From Candidatus Bathyarchaeia archaeon (GTDB lineage Archaea > Thermoproteota > Bathyarchaeia > Bathyarchaeales > Bathycorpusculaceae), in assembly GCA_038883775.1 (NCBI GenBank), contig JAVZLM010000006.1, positions 1-64,000 of the forward strand: 64,000 bases of DNA, read 5' to 3'. Of this stretch, positions 18,445 through 27,849 are shown piece after piece. The first letter of the stretch is position 1, and each line of letters opens with the position of its first letter. A model generated the notes under the pieces. The model was not told the DNA's origin. It made no database searches and worked only from the letters and a program-made list of their open reading frames with translations. Made by a program: the position numbers and the translations under genes.

Positions 18445-19431
18445 CTATTGTCCAATTTCTTCATTGATTATTCGCTCTATTACGTCAACTGGATTTTCAA
18501 GTTTTTCAACAAGATTTTGAACATCCCACTTCTTTCCTAAAAACCTCTTGGCATATTCTAAAACTTTATCAAACGCAACAGTAAATATGGGAAAACCTCT
18601 TTTTGCCAGGTAATCGTTAACATAAACTTTTCCAAAAACGGGCACAACTATTGTAGGCACACCCTGCAACGCTGCTTCCCTAGCTATAGTCCCCCCAGCG
18701 CTAATAACTAGGTCTGCTTGAGAGACAAGACTTGCAGAATCAATGAATTCTCTTGGAACAGTTAATTCCTTCGCTTGGAATTTTTTGTAGCGTGGCAAAA
18801 ATAAAACATTGCCAAGAGAAGCTAATTTTTTCGCTAAAGTTTTTGTTAAATTTTCTTTTCCTTGGGCGTATGCAGCCTTTTCTTCAATTTCCCTTATAAC
18901 GATTAAAGGCCTCTTACAATCATACTTAATTTTTGGTTTGAAATTTTTTATCCAAGCAACTTCATCTACTCCATCAAACCTATAAATTTTCTTTATGCCA
19001 TAACCTTCCACACAATGTTTTGGCAAAGCCTTAGAAACAACTAGAAAATCAATTAATGGCATTGTAAGCCTATTTATGGCTTCAGCGTGAACCGTATCAT
19101 GAGTTGAAATGTTAGGTATTCCCAATCCAAAGGCAACTCTGCACAACTCAACTGACCGATGCGAAATAGCCACGTCTGGAACGTCTTCCTCAAACATCTT
19201 GCAGAAAAACAATTGGCGTCTCAAACTTTCTCTGAGTCTTAAAAGCAACGAAGTTGGAGCATATCTCCCAACAACTATAAATTCTTCCTTTAGAAAATTT
19301 GCCAGGGCCAATGTATCTGGATGTTTTCTCGTAGTCAAAATTACTTTATGCCCCTTATTTCTAAGCCTTTGTGCTATAGCCACACCATATCGAATCTGTT
19401 TTCCCGTGCACGCGTCATACCAGATTTTCAT
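18445..19431 (-). CDS. DUF354 family protein (GT-B fold)
   Basis: MKIWYD...KQ start, GGTIAREAALQGVP. Confidence 0.8.
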   Translation of the reverse strand: MKIWYDACTGKQIRYGVAIAQRLRNKGHKVILTTRKHPDTLALANFLKEEFIVVGRYAPTSLLLRLRESLRRQLFFCKMFEEDVPDVAISHRSVELCRVAFGLGIPNISTHDTVHAEAINRLTMPLIDFLVVSKALPKHCVEGYGIKKIYRFDGVDEVAWIKNFKPKIKYDCKRPLIVIREIEEKAAYAQGKENLTKTLAKKLASLGNVLFLPRYKKFQAKELTVPREFIDSASLVSQADLVISAGGTIAREAALQGVPTIVVPVFGKVYVNDYLAKRGFPIFTVAFDKVLEYAKRFLGKKWDVQNLVEKLENPVDVIERIINEEIGQ

Positions 19432-19922
19432 TCCTTAACCCTCAAAAATTGGCACCCAACAGTTTCTGCTGCCAACATATCTTCAATTGTGTTTCCAATA
19501 AAAAGAACGTTTTGCCTCTGAACCCCCAGTTTTTCTGTGGCAATTTTAAGCTGTTCGATTCGGTCAAGGGAATTCTCTCTCGTTATAACAAAATTGAAAG
19601 ATAAACCCAAGCGTTTTAAAGCTATTTGCACTAAAGATTTGCCTTGCATAGTTACAAGGGCTTTCCGTTTTTCTGAAAATTTATTGTAATAGGTGACACC
19701 TTCAGGATTTATTTTCATGTTTACCGATGCATCAATTTCGAGTTTATTCCACACGTCAAAAATTTTCATTTTAGTTTCTTTATCTAATTGAGCAACCACT
19801 TTTGTTAATGGACGCAGATTAGACATTTTTGTTATTTCGCTCATCTCTTGAAAGAGTTTTTCGTAATTAATTGGCAAATGAATTAATGTACCGTCAAGAT
19901 CGAATATTACAGCCTCTATCAA
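19428..19922 (-). CDS. HAD-superfamily hydrolase
   Basis: IFDLDGTL motif I; FIGN...D motif IV variant; 4-bp overlaps with both neighbours. Confidence 0.8.
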   Translation of the reverse strand: MIEAVIFDLDGTLIHLPINYEKLFQEMSEITKMSNLRPLTKVVAQLDKETKMKIFDVWNKLEIDASVNMKINPEGVTYYNKFSEKRKALVTMQGKSLVQIALKRLGLSFNFVITRENSLDRIEQLKIATEKLGVQRQNVLFIGNTIEDMLAAETVGCQFLRVKE

Positions 19923-21016
19923 CTGTACATTTCTCCAATAATTTTTCCATTTTTAACCAGTTTCGCTGGTGCGTCGATGTGACGGATCCAATAGATGTTT
20001 TCTGGTAAGATATTATATTTGGGCATAGTTGGCATTTCTTCTCCAAATGCAAGTTTCACGTAGAGATAAGGAATGTTTGCGTAATAATCTCTTCGTATTA
20101 TTTTACTTGCATAAGAGAAGAAGAAAGATGTTGTAAACATTCTTCCAGCATTAATTTCTGTTACACAAGGTTCACCTTCCTTATTTTCCTTTAAATCTAC
20201 ACATGCAATTCCACTGAAATTTGAGTCTATAGCCAATACGGCCTTGGTTCCTATTTCGTTTACAGCTTCGTCATGAATAGTTCTTTGAACTGCAGGGGTG
20301 CCAGTAACGCCTGATGGCGCAAGATTTGGGTAAATATATTCTATTCTCTCTCTAGCCATAGAAGTTATAAGTGCTCCATTTTTCCACAGACTGTGAAAAC
20401 CTATATTCCTTCCTGGCAAGTATTCTTGGGCGATAAACTGCCAATCCATTTCGCGAGACTTCCAGTATTTTATCCAAGATAATGCTGTTTCCTGGTTTTT
20501 AGCAAGTGTACTTCCTCTTCCACCAGCGCCATGCCTTGCTCTTATCCATATAGGAGCCCCTAACTCTTTGAAGGCTTTGTTAACATCATTTTCATTTCGT
20601 AATTCAATAGATTTTGCCACTGAAACATTATTCTTTTCCCATTTTTCCGCGGACTTTAACTTGTCTTGGCAAATGCGTATAGTTTCCTTTGCGGGCAGAA
20701 AAGTCTTAGCCTTCAATTTTTCACGGTTTTCGGATATTGCGGTTACCTCAACATCTGGTTGGGCATGAATAAACTCTATTTTTTCCTTTTCCACTATATT
20801 ATTTAACTCTTCGATATATTTTGGGTTTGATGCTTTAGGAACTAAATATCTCTTATCTACGGGAGCCAAATGAATGAAAAATTGATTAGCTTCTGTTCCA
20901 ACGGTAAAAATTTTTTCAGGCGCTATTTTAAGCGACATGATAAAATTTATGCCAGCTGGTCCTCCAGCTCCAGTAACCAGAATCTTTTTCATAGCATTTC
21001 CTCGCGCTTGTTCCAC
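19919..21016 (-). CDS. ATP-grasp domain protein
   Basis: LVTGAGG, CQDK, HGAGGRG, QEYLPG, EINAGR. Confidence 0.82.
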   Translation of the reverse strand: MEQARGNAMKKILVTGAGGPAGINFIMSLKIAPEKIFTVGTEANQFFIHLAPVDKRYLVPKASNPKYIEELNNIVEKEKIEFIHAQPDVEVTAISENREKLKAKTFLPAKETIRICQDKLKSAEKWEKNNVSVAKSIELRNENDVNKAFKELGAPIWIRARHGAGGRGSTLAKNQETALSWIKYWKSREMDWQFIAQEYLPGRNIGFHSLWKNGALITSMARERIEYIYPNLAPSGVTGTPAVQRTIHDEAVNEIGTKAVLAIDSNFSGIACVDLKENKEGEPCVTEINAGRMFTTSFFFSYASKIIRRDYYANIPYLYVKLAFGEEMPTMPKYNILPENIYWIRHIDAPAKLVKNGKIIGEMYS

Positions 21017-21087
21017 TTTGTTAAGTTCCTTAGGGCCAATTTTCTCTCTTCAGTATGAAAAAACAGCTTAATATTTATTCTCAACAA

Positions 21088-21102
21088 CCAAACTTTAATA
21101 AA
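21088..21102 (+). promoter_or_regulatory. BRE/TATA promoter of tRNA-Val
   Basis: CCAAAC-TTTAATAAA about 27 bp upstream of the mature 5' end. Confidence 0.6.
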
Positions 21103-21128
21103 ACAAGATTTCATAATTCGGAGAGGAA

Positions 21129-21230
21129 GGGCCGGTCGTCTAGCCTGGTTAGGACATTTGCTCCATTGAAAGCAAACCTTAAGCAGCCCTTACGAGGCTG
21201 AGGTCGCCGGTTCAAGTCCGGCCCGGCCCA
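21129..21230 (+). tRNA. tRNA-Val(TAC) with a 27-nt intron at non-canonical position 25/26 (21156-21182)
   Basis: Acceptor GGGCCGG/CCGGCCC-A; anticodon arm CAGCC-CTTACGA-GGCTG; T arm GCCGG-TTCAAGT-CCGGC; removing 21156-21182 restores the cloverleaf. Confidence 0.92.
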
Positions 21231-21350
21231 TTTAGCAAATTTTTCGAATGTACCATTTATAAAGAGAAAGAGGTATGTTTGGCGTTTGTTTAGTTTCGTG
21301 AAAAGTTTTATAAATGAACTTTTTCCTATAAACCGACAAGATGAATTAAT

Positions 21351-22046
21351 ATGGAAAAGAAAAAGATAACCTTCGAAGATGTTATACGTACTACTGAATC
21401 GCCATATCCCGATTTTGAAATTAAACCTGGAAAAACTGCGCTTATATTAATTGATATGCAAAAATTTGTTTTAGGGGAACATCTGGTGAAAGCCGCTGTT
21501 AAGGCAGGATTAGACGAAAAAGCGGTAAGGAAAGTTGTAAAAGACTATGATGAGCGGGTTAAGAGTGTCGTTAAAAACGTTCAAAGATTGTTGGAAGTTT
21601 GCAGAAAAAAGAAGTTTGATATAATTCATGTCAAAATGCAAGGTCCAACGGATAATCCAAGACATACAGCTAAAGTTAATAGAAAGATTGGTTTGATTAT
21701 TCCGCCACAATTCGAAGATAGCGATTTCATCGATGAAGTGAAGCCGCTGCCTAGCGAACTTGTGATAACAAAAACAAATGGTGGAGCTTTGTCTGGAACA
21801 AACTTAGATTTCATTTTGAGGAATATGGATATAGAAAGTTTAATTATCGTCGGTTTCCTAACAGATCAATGTGTGCTTGCCACTTCAGTGCATGCTGCCG
21901 ATTTAGGCTACGATGTTCTTCTACTCGAAGATGGATGCACCACCCGATACAAGGAACTGCACGATGCAGTTTTGCTTGCACAAAAAGATGTTTGTGCGAA
22001 AGTAAAGACAACCAATGAAGTGATAAAGATAATAGAAAGCATTTGA
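21351..22046 (+). CDS. Isochorismatase-like cysteine hydrolase
   Basis: LIDMQ, VITK, TDQCV (Asp-Lys-Cys triad), AADLGY. Confidence 0.9.
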   Translation: MEKKKITFEDVIRTTESPYPDFEIKPGKTALILIDMQKFVLGEHLVKAAVKAGLDEKAVRKVVKDYDERVKSVVKNVQRLLEVCRKKKFDIIHVKMQGPTDNPRHTAKVNRKIGLIIPPQFEDSDFIDEVKPLPSELVITKTNGGALSGTNLDFILRNMDIESLIIVGFLTDQCVLATSVHAADLGYDVLLLEDGCTTRYKELHDAVLLAQKDVCAKVKTTNEVIKIIESI

Positions 22047-22075
22047 AATTGTAACTAAACAGAAGATTCGCTTTC

Positions 22076-22984
22076 ATGAAAACCAGAGCAATAAGTCACC
22101 TTGACACTTTTCTAATGTTTACTTTGATTCTTTTTTGGGGAAGCTCATTTGTTGTTGTCAAAATTGCTTTGAAGGAAGGGTTAACCCCAATAGCCATCGC
22201 AACCTTTCGTTTCCTTGTCGCTGGTGAGCTTTTCCTTATCGTGATTTTGCTTGAGAAAAAAAGGGTGAAAGGGTATGTGCTTTTTGTTGAAAAGAAAGAT
22301 TTCCCAATGCTAATTCTTTTGGCGCTTACAGGCGTAACTTTCTTTTTTACGGCGCAGTATACTGGCATAAGTATGGCAGGAGCATCTATCGCAGCAATTT
22401 TTGTCTGTCTGCTGGCACCAGTTTTTATAACAGTTCTTTCCGCGAAACTTTTAAAGGAACCTTTAATGAAGAGACAATTTTCTGGTGTTGGAATCGCTGC
22501 ACTTGGCACTTTTATTGTTATTATGGGTGGAAGCATAAGCTTCCAAAATAATCAGCATTTCTTTTTGGGAAGCCTAATTTTGCTTTTCACGCCAATACTT
22601 TGGACTACTTATAGCCTTCTTGGAAGAAATATGATAGAAAAGTATAATCCTTTTCTTATCGTAGCTTATGTCAACATGCTTGGAGGCTTACTGCTTATTC
22701 CATTCTCTTTGGCTGAAGGTTCTTTTAATCAAATTTTCACCATGAGCCTTAATGGATGGTTGGCAATCCTATTTTTGGCGGTTACCTGTTCATTTTTGGG
22801 CTATTACATTTGGTTTTACGTGATAAAGAGGGTTGGCGCTGCCATTGCCAGTTCTTTCATGTTTGCTGAGCCCTTAATCACAGCTCTATTTGCCGTTGCT
22901 TTTGTTGGAGAAAAGTTAAGTCTATTTACAATTGCTGGAGGCTTTCTAATTTTCATAGGAGTATACTTGGTTACTAAGAAATAA
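22076..22984 (+). CDS. EamA/DMT-family transporter
   Basis: WGSSF, two EamA repeats, about 10 TM segments. Confidence 0.92.
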   Translation: MKTRAISHLDTFLMFTLILFWGSSFVVVKIALKEGLTPIAIATFRFLVAGELFLIVILLEKKRVKGYVLFVEKKDFPMLILLALTGVTFFFTAQYTGISMAGASIAAIFVCLLAPVFITVLSAKLLKEPLMKRQFSGVGIAALGTFIVIMGGSISFQNNQHFFLGSLILLFTPILWTTYSLLGRNMIEKYNPFLIVAYVNMLGGLLLIPFSLAEGSFNQIFTMSLNGWLAILFLAVTCSFLGYYIWFYVIKRVGAAIASSFMFAEPLITALFAVAFVGEKLSLFTIAGGFLIFIGVYLVTKK

Positions 22985-23756
22985 GCGGAGTTGAATAATT
23001 CATAAATTCAAGAATCTTTTTTGGACTAAAAACTGAAAACGTTGCGTTGCCTAACATTTTGCCGATTTTTGGAACCAAACCCACAGCATCTGTTCCAAGT
23101 TTACATGAAACCGCATTCTCAAACAACCCTAAAGGTTCAATGTTTATTATATCGCGGTTAACCCTTGCCCTTTTTAAAGCCAGCCTCACTTCAAAAAGGG
23201 ATGCACCCAAAATTATCAGTCGATCTGAAAACGATTTTGTCCATTTTCTGTATTGAGAAATTTGGCTTTCCGAAAGCATGGCTTCTAAGTAATTTCTCTC
23301 TTTGTTTATGTCTAAAATTTTGATTGTTAGCGGTAGATGTCCACAAAAGCCATAAAGCTCAACAAGCTTTTTCAAGGCGATTTTTCTTCCATCAACAAGT
23401 TGTGCTTGCAAATGCTGGATTGGGATTGCAACATCTAGGACGTTTGGTGAGGATATTCCTATATCAACATAAAGTTCTGTTTTGCTCTTGTTTAAAGATG
23501 TTATGCGCCCTTTTGCCTCTGAATATCTGCTTAAATTTTCAAGACTTGATGGGCATATTCCAATTTCCTTATCCAAATAATTGAGCGCCGCTTTATCGTC
23601 TTCTCCAGAAACGTTTATTTGCACCATTCCATGAGGAGTAATTTCACAAATTTTAGTTTCAACTTTTAATCCTTTAAGAATTGATTTTATGGATTTTTCA
23701 ACAAGTTCCAGTTGAGATTCATCGTAGACTTTTAGGAGCAATGTTACAGTAGGCAT
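22974..23756 (-). CDS. DUF2110 family protein
   Basis: LYVDIG, CKLGTDAVGL; usual position downstream of tfe and the HD gene. Confidence 0.75.
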   Translation of the reverse strand: MPTVTLLLKVYDESQLELVEKSIKSILKGLKVETKICEITPHGMVQINVSGEDDKAALNYLDKEIGICPSSLENLSRYSEAKGRITSLNKSKTELYVDIGISSPNVLDVAIPIQHLQAQLVDGRKIALKKLVELYGFCGHLPLTIKILDINKERNYLEAMLSESQISQYRKWTKSFSDRLIILGASLFEVRLALKRARVNRDIINIEPLGLFENAVSCKLGTDAVGLVPKIGKMLGNATFSVFSPKKILEFMNYSTPLIS

Positions 23757-24283
23757 TTGCAGTCACCAATTAACATAAGCATTTCATTATGCAATTTTTG
23801 GATTCTTGCAATAGCGGAGGGCGATAACTCCTTAGAAAGATTTTCAATGGTTCTTTCTATAGGCACCCGCCTTGAACCTTCAACAAGCTTATCTGCGTAT
23901 GAAACAATTTTCTCCTCCAAAGTTATTGGAACATATGTGTCTTTTGGCCATCCTAGTTTTTTTGCTTCTGTTGCTGTTATTCCTCCTCCCACATGCCTCT
24001 TTATTATTGAGATGAGCGGTTTTGGTAAACCAAACGTTTGTGCAATTTCAGATCCAATAATGGCATGGTGAACCGTGTGGGTTTTTGAGCGCCCTATGTC
24101 ATGCAAAAGAGCACCGATTTCCACAAGTTCTAAATTAACTTCGTAACCTTTTTCTTTGCATAATTTTGCTATTTCTAGGGCAAGTTCAGCCACGGTCTCG
24201 CAATGTTTTATAACATGTGCAGAACATCCACTTTTATGAAGAAAATATAAGGCTTCTTCTCTTGATGGGAGCTTTTCACTCAC
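23744..24283 (-). CDS. HD-domain metal-dependent phosphohydrolase (TIGR00295-like)
   Basis: HC...LLHDIGRS...RHVGGG...EEKIVSYADKL. Confidence 0.9.
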   Translation of the reverse strand: MSEKLPSREEALYFLHKSGCSAHVIKHCETVAELALEIAKLCKEKGYEVNLELVEIGALLHDIGRSKTHTVHHAIIGSEIAQTFGLPKPLISIIKRHVGGGITATEAKKLGWPKDTYVPITLEEKIVSYADKLVEGSRRVPIERTIENLSKELSPSAIARIQKLHNEMLMLIGDCKCLL

Positions 24284-24815
24284 CCAGTTCCTTCCTTAAC
24301 TGTTCAATCTTCTTTGATAATACTTGAACAATTTTTGCATTGTCATAGTGGACTAGGGGTTTTCCACATGTTGGACATTTGAAGACGAGCTCCACAGCCT
24401 CTTCGAAGGGTATTCGCTTGCATCCTGGCGTATAACAATAGTAAAAGTCATGGTTTTTCTCATATTCCAATCGAATGTTGAGTTTTTCCATCACTCGCCT
24501 TTTTTGGCTTAATATGAAGCCTTCAAGCTGATCTGGTTGAAGTTTCCAGTGGAATATGAACCATCCGGTTTTTGGGTCTCTGGTTCTTCTTAGGCTCACG
24601 AGGGAATGGTCGTAAAGTTTGTATAAGATTTTGCGAACGTTGTTTAGTCTTATGCCTGTTTTGTTGGCTATTTCGTCATCCGTTATCTCGTCTGAATTTT
24701 TTAGAATCTCGATTAATTTAACTGCCTCTTCTTCGCCTAAAGCTTCAGCCACCTTCATTAAAGTTGCATCATCTATCGTTGATAACATAGCGATCCTTTT
24801 GCTCAACTGTGGCAC
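24276..24815 (-). CDS. tfe: Transcription factor E (TFIIE alpha homolog)
   Basis: TDDEIA..VRKILYKL..GWFIFHW wHTH; zinc ribbon CYTPGC..FKCPTCG. Confidence 0.93.
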   Translation of the reverse strand: MPQLSKRIAMLSTIDDATLMKVAEALGEEEAVKLIEILKNSDEITDDEIANKTGIRLNNVRKILYKLYDHSLVSLRRTRDPKTGWFIFHWKLQPDQLEGFILSQKRRVMEKLNIRLEYEKNHDFYYCYTPGCKRIPFEEAVELVFKCPTCGKPLVHYDNAKIVQVLSKKIEQLRKELGE

Positions 24816-24884
24816 ACTGCACCTCTTTTATAATATATATTTGTAGACTTTAATTTAAATCTCTTTATCAAATCTGAATCAAAA

Positions 24885-25430
24885 CTAACATTCTTTAACT
24901 ATTTTCTTCCCCCGCTTTTGGGGAATTATCCTCACTTCGGCGTTTTCAAATTCCCTTTTTAGCTCCTCTCCCCCAAATAAACGGTCCAGAAAAACGGCTA
25001 GACTTGCGCATTCTGAGTGGGGTTGGTTTCCAATGGCAACATTAAAGTCTGAAACTTCTTCTGAAAAGAATTCCCTTGGAACCTTTTGACTTCCAACAAT
25101 AACCAAAACGTCTTTTCCACATTCTTTAATTCTTTTTAGCACATCGCTTGTTTGAATATTTTCTCCATAAGCTGTTAAGTGTACGACAATTCCACCTTTT
25201 GCTTTCCATTCGTTTACAACGTTTTTCCAAGACTTTCTCATTTCAAAAAAGAAGGGCCCTCCCCAGGTTTTTGTAACTTTTTCAATAGATTCTCTTATTT
25301 TCTCATCTTCTATGTCTGATAGTATAACTCCCGAGGCCCCTAACGCTCTTGCCGTTAAAACAACATGAGTTGTAAGTCTCGCGTCCCTTTTTGGTCTGTG
25401 GCCCCATCTTAATACTACAACTTTAGGCAT
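24885..25430 (-). CDS. tRNA (cytidine(56)-2'-O)-methyltransferase (Trm56)
   Basis: LRWGHR..RD.R.TTHV, VHLTAYG, VGSQKVP, GNQPHSE. Confidence 0.93.
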   Translation of the reverse strand: MPKVVVLRWGHRPKRDARLTTHVVLTARALGASGVILSDIEDEKIRESIEKVTKTWGGPFFFEMRKSWKNVVNEWKAKGGIVVHLTAYGENIQTSDVLKRIKECGKDVLVIVGSQKVPREFFSEEVSDFNVAIGNQPHSECASLAVFLDRLFGGEELKREFENAEVRIIPQKRGKKIVKEC

Positions 25431-26721
25431 ACATTATATCCCTTTGCTCTTTTTCTTGTATGATGTTCTTTTCGAATTTTCCGTCAAACTTTTCTACTTG
25501 TTTTTTGATTTTTTCTGCAAACCATGGAATTGCCTCAAAAACTACATGGGCATAATTGTCAGCGTATTTTATTGTTTGCACGTCTGCTCTTTTGAAAAGC
25601 CATGAGAGGAAGGGCATGGTTTCGTTTGTTAAGGGAATCGTGAAGGATGCTTGAACATAATTTTTTAGCATTTTTAGAATTTTTTGTTTTATTAAGTCAA
25701 TGTTGGTTTTGTAAAGGGCTGATATTGGCACAGGGTTTGGCGCTTTTTCTCTTAGGTTTTCAAATTTTTGGGCAGCATCATTTTCTGTTAGTAAGTCAAT
25801 TTTGTTTAGAGCTGTTATTATTGGGACGCCGGCAGCACCTATGCGTTCTATGGTTTCTAAGCATACGTTTAGTTTTTTTTCGATGGCTGCCATTGGTTCG
25901 CTTATGTCCACAACTAAAAGTATAAGGTCTGAAAAGATGGTTTCTTCCAAGGTTGAGTGGAAAGCCTCTATTAATGTTAATGGTAAGCGGTCTATGAAGC
26001 CCACAGTATCCGTTAACAGAAACTTCTTTTTTGAAATTTCCACAAGCCTTGTTGTTGTGGATAGCGTTGTGAATAGGGATGTATCCACCGGAACCTCCTC
26101 TTCCGTTAAAGCGTTAAAAAGCGAACTTTTTCCAGCATTAGTGTATCCGGCTAAGGAGATGGACGAAAAGCCAAGCTCCTCCCTCCTTTCACGGTGCAGC
26201 TGTCGTTTTCCACGAATTTTCTTTAGCTTTTTTCGAACGGTGTGCACTTGTTTCTTTACTGCTTCATAATAAACGTCAACTTCATAGGCGCCGAGACCCA
26301 TGAATCCTGGCTGTTCTCCCATTTTAGCAAGTCTTACCCTTTCTTTTGCATGTGCCAACTCGTATCCCAATCTTGCTAGTTTGATTTGCAGTTTGGCTTC
26401 CGTGGTTGTGGCCCTTCTTGTGAATATTTCAAGGATTAGTTGGAAGCGGTCTATGGCTTCTACGCCCGTGGCTTTTGCTATGTTGTAGGCTTGGACTGGT
26501 TTTAGTGGGTTGTCGAAAATTATTTTTTGGGCGCCTGTCTCCTTGACAAGTTTAGCGAGTTCTTCAACTTTTCCTGCTCCTATCTGATAGCGGGAGTCTG
26601 GTTCTCGAATCTGCTCTATCTTGCCAACTACCGTATATCCCGCAGATTCCGCCAAACTTTTAAGCTCTTCTAGGCTTGAGTTTTCAAAAGATTGTCGTCG
26701 TTGAACTATGATTGCTTTCGT
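25423..26721 (-). CDS. hflX: Ribosome-associated GTPase HflX (start uncertain; conserved-looking N-terminus extends upstream of the first TTG at 26655)
   Basis: GYTNAGKS, LFTTL, DTVGFI, NKID, ISA. Confidence 0.92.
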   Translation of the reverse strand, partial: TKAIIVQRRQSFENSSLEELKSLAESAGYTVVGKIEQIREPDSRYQIGAGKVEELAKLVKETGAQKIIFDNPLKPVQAYNIAKATGVEAIDRFQLILEIFTRRATTTEAKLQIKLARLGYELAHAKERVRLAKMGEQPGFMGLGAYEVDVYYEAVKKQVHTVRKKLKKIRGKRQLHRERREELGFSSISLAGYTNAGKSSLFNALTEEEVPVDTSLFTTLSTTTRLVEISKKKFLLTDTVGFIDRLPLTLIEAFHSTLEETIFSDLILLVVDISEPMAAIEKKLNVCLETIERIGAAGVPIITALNKIDLLTENDAAQKFENLREKAPNPVPISALYKTNIDLIKQKILKMLKNYVQASFTIPLTNETMPFLSWLFKRADVQTIKYADNYAHVVFEAIPWFAEKIKKQVEKFDGKFEKNIIQEKEQRDIMYA

Positions 26722-27263
26722 TGTGGCGAATCCTCCTTCCCCTTTTCCTTTCTGTTCAATTGAATAATGTCTCCCAATGTTAATTCGCGGCTCGTTGGTT
26801 GTGGAATTTTTGTTGGAAGAGCCTTCTCTTCTAATGGTGGGACAAGCAATTTAACTTTCAATACATGCTCAAGTTTCGTTGCAAGCCTATTGTCTGGGGT
26901 CATTTTTCCAGTTTCTATTTTTTTGAGAAGCGAAACTTTTTCATTAATTTTTTTCCCCAAATCTTCGTGGGAAAGTCCAAGTCTTTCTCTGGCTTGCCTA
27001 ATTTTTGTGTGAAAATTTTCCACAAGTTCTAAGCTTGTTTCCACGGTTGTTTCTGGTACCTTCTGGCTTTTCATTTTTGTGGGCTTAGGGATTGCTTTGG
27101 TTTTTATTGTTGCACTTTTGGGTTTTGGTTCTTCTTCCCAAACTATTGTTCCATGTTTTGAACATCGACTACAAACCGTTAGTTTAGCTCCTTCAATGAT
27201 TACCCTATATGGTTTGCCGAAAATTTTTGTCCCGCAGACTTCACACCGCAATTGTGGACACAC
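26706..27263 (-). CDS. mbf1: Archaeal multiprotein bridging factor 1 (zinc ribbon + HTH)
   Basis: CEVCG..IEGAKLTVCSRC, IRQARE..KIETG, TLGD; true start probably the TTG a few codons in. Confidence 0.9.
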   Translation of the reverse strand: MCPQLRCEVCGTKIFGKPYRVIIEGAKLTVCSRCSKHGTIVWEEEPKPKSATIKTKAIPKPTKMKSQKVPETTVETSLELVENFHTKIRQARERLGLSHEDLGKKINEKVSLLKKIETGKMTPDNRLATKLEHVLKVKLLVPPLEEKALPTKIPQPTSRELTLGDIIQLNRKEKGKEDSPQRKQS

Positions 27264-27334
27264 CTATGTGTTTTTATTTTGTTTGGTTATGTTTATAGTT
27301 GTCGAATTAAAGTGGATAGTTAATGGTGTAAAAC

Positions 27335-27805
27335 TTGGAAAACCCTCTCAAAAGAATTCGAAGCGTGGCAGATTATCAATTTGGAAAGGGCATCGGAGTC
27401 AAACTTTTTCCAGAAAATGTGAAAATAGAATTTTCTAAAAGAACTGGTAGAATCCGTTACGTTTATTTGAATAGCAAAAGACTTGCAACCTTACGCCCCA
27501 CAGATGGCTTATTTTCTCTAAGCATTGCTGGCGCAAAAAGAATAGCGGAAAACAGGAAGTCTGCAAAATGTTTCGTCACGGTTAGGGATGGTGTTTCAAA
27601 GTTTATTGCTGAAGGCGGCGATGTTTTCGCCACACATGTGATTAAGGCTGATGATGAAATTCGTCCAAAAGATGAAGTCATAATCCTTAACGAAAGTGGC
27701 GAAGTTTTAGCCGTTGGACGAGCGGTTCTATCGGGCGAAGAAATGAAAGTCTTCAAAACTGGCGTTGCCGTCAAAGTTAGGCGTGGAAGCCTAGAAGAAA
27801 GTTAA
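27335..27805 (+). CDS. PUA-domain protein (archaeosine TGT C-terminal-like)
   Basis: ADYQFG, TGRIR, ATLRPTDG, IRPKDEV, GVAVKVR. Confidence 0.87.
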   Translation: MENPLKRIRSVADYQFGKGIGVKLFPENVKIEFSKRTGRIRYVYLNSKRLATLRPTDGLFSLSIAGAKRIAENRKSAKCFVTVRDGVSKFIAEGGDVFATHVIKADDEIRPKDEVIILNESGEVLAVGRAVLSGEEMKVFKTGVAVKVRRGSLEES

Positions 27806-27849
27806 GTATATGAAGGTTGATAGTAAATATTTGATGGAAGGCGAAGTTT

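Noticed and set aside
21129-22984. tRNA-Val as an integration site for an island
   Set aside because: No integrase and no duplicated tRNA 3' end seen in the window.
24543-24556. TTTCCAGTGGAA resembling an ORB origin box
   Set aside because: Single copy inside the tfe coding sequence (FHWK codons); no cdc6/orc1 gene or repeated ORBs nearby.
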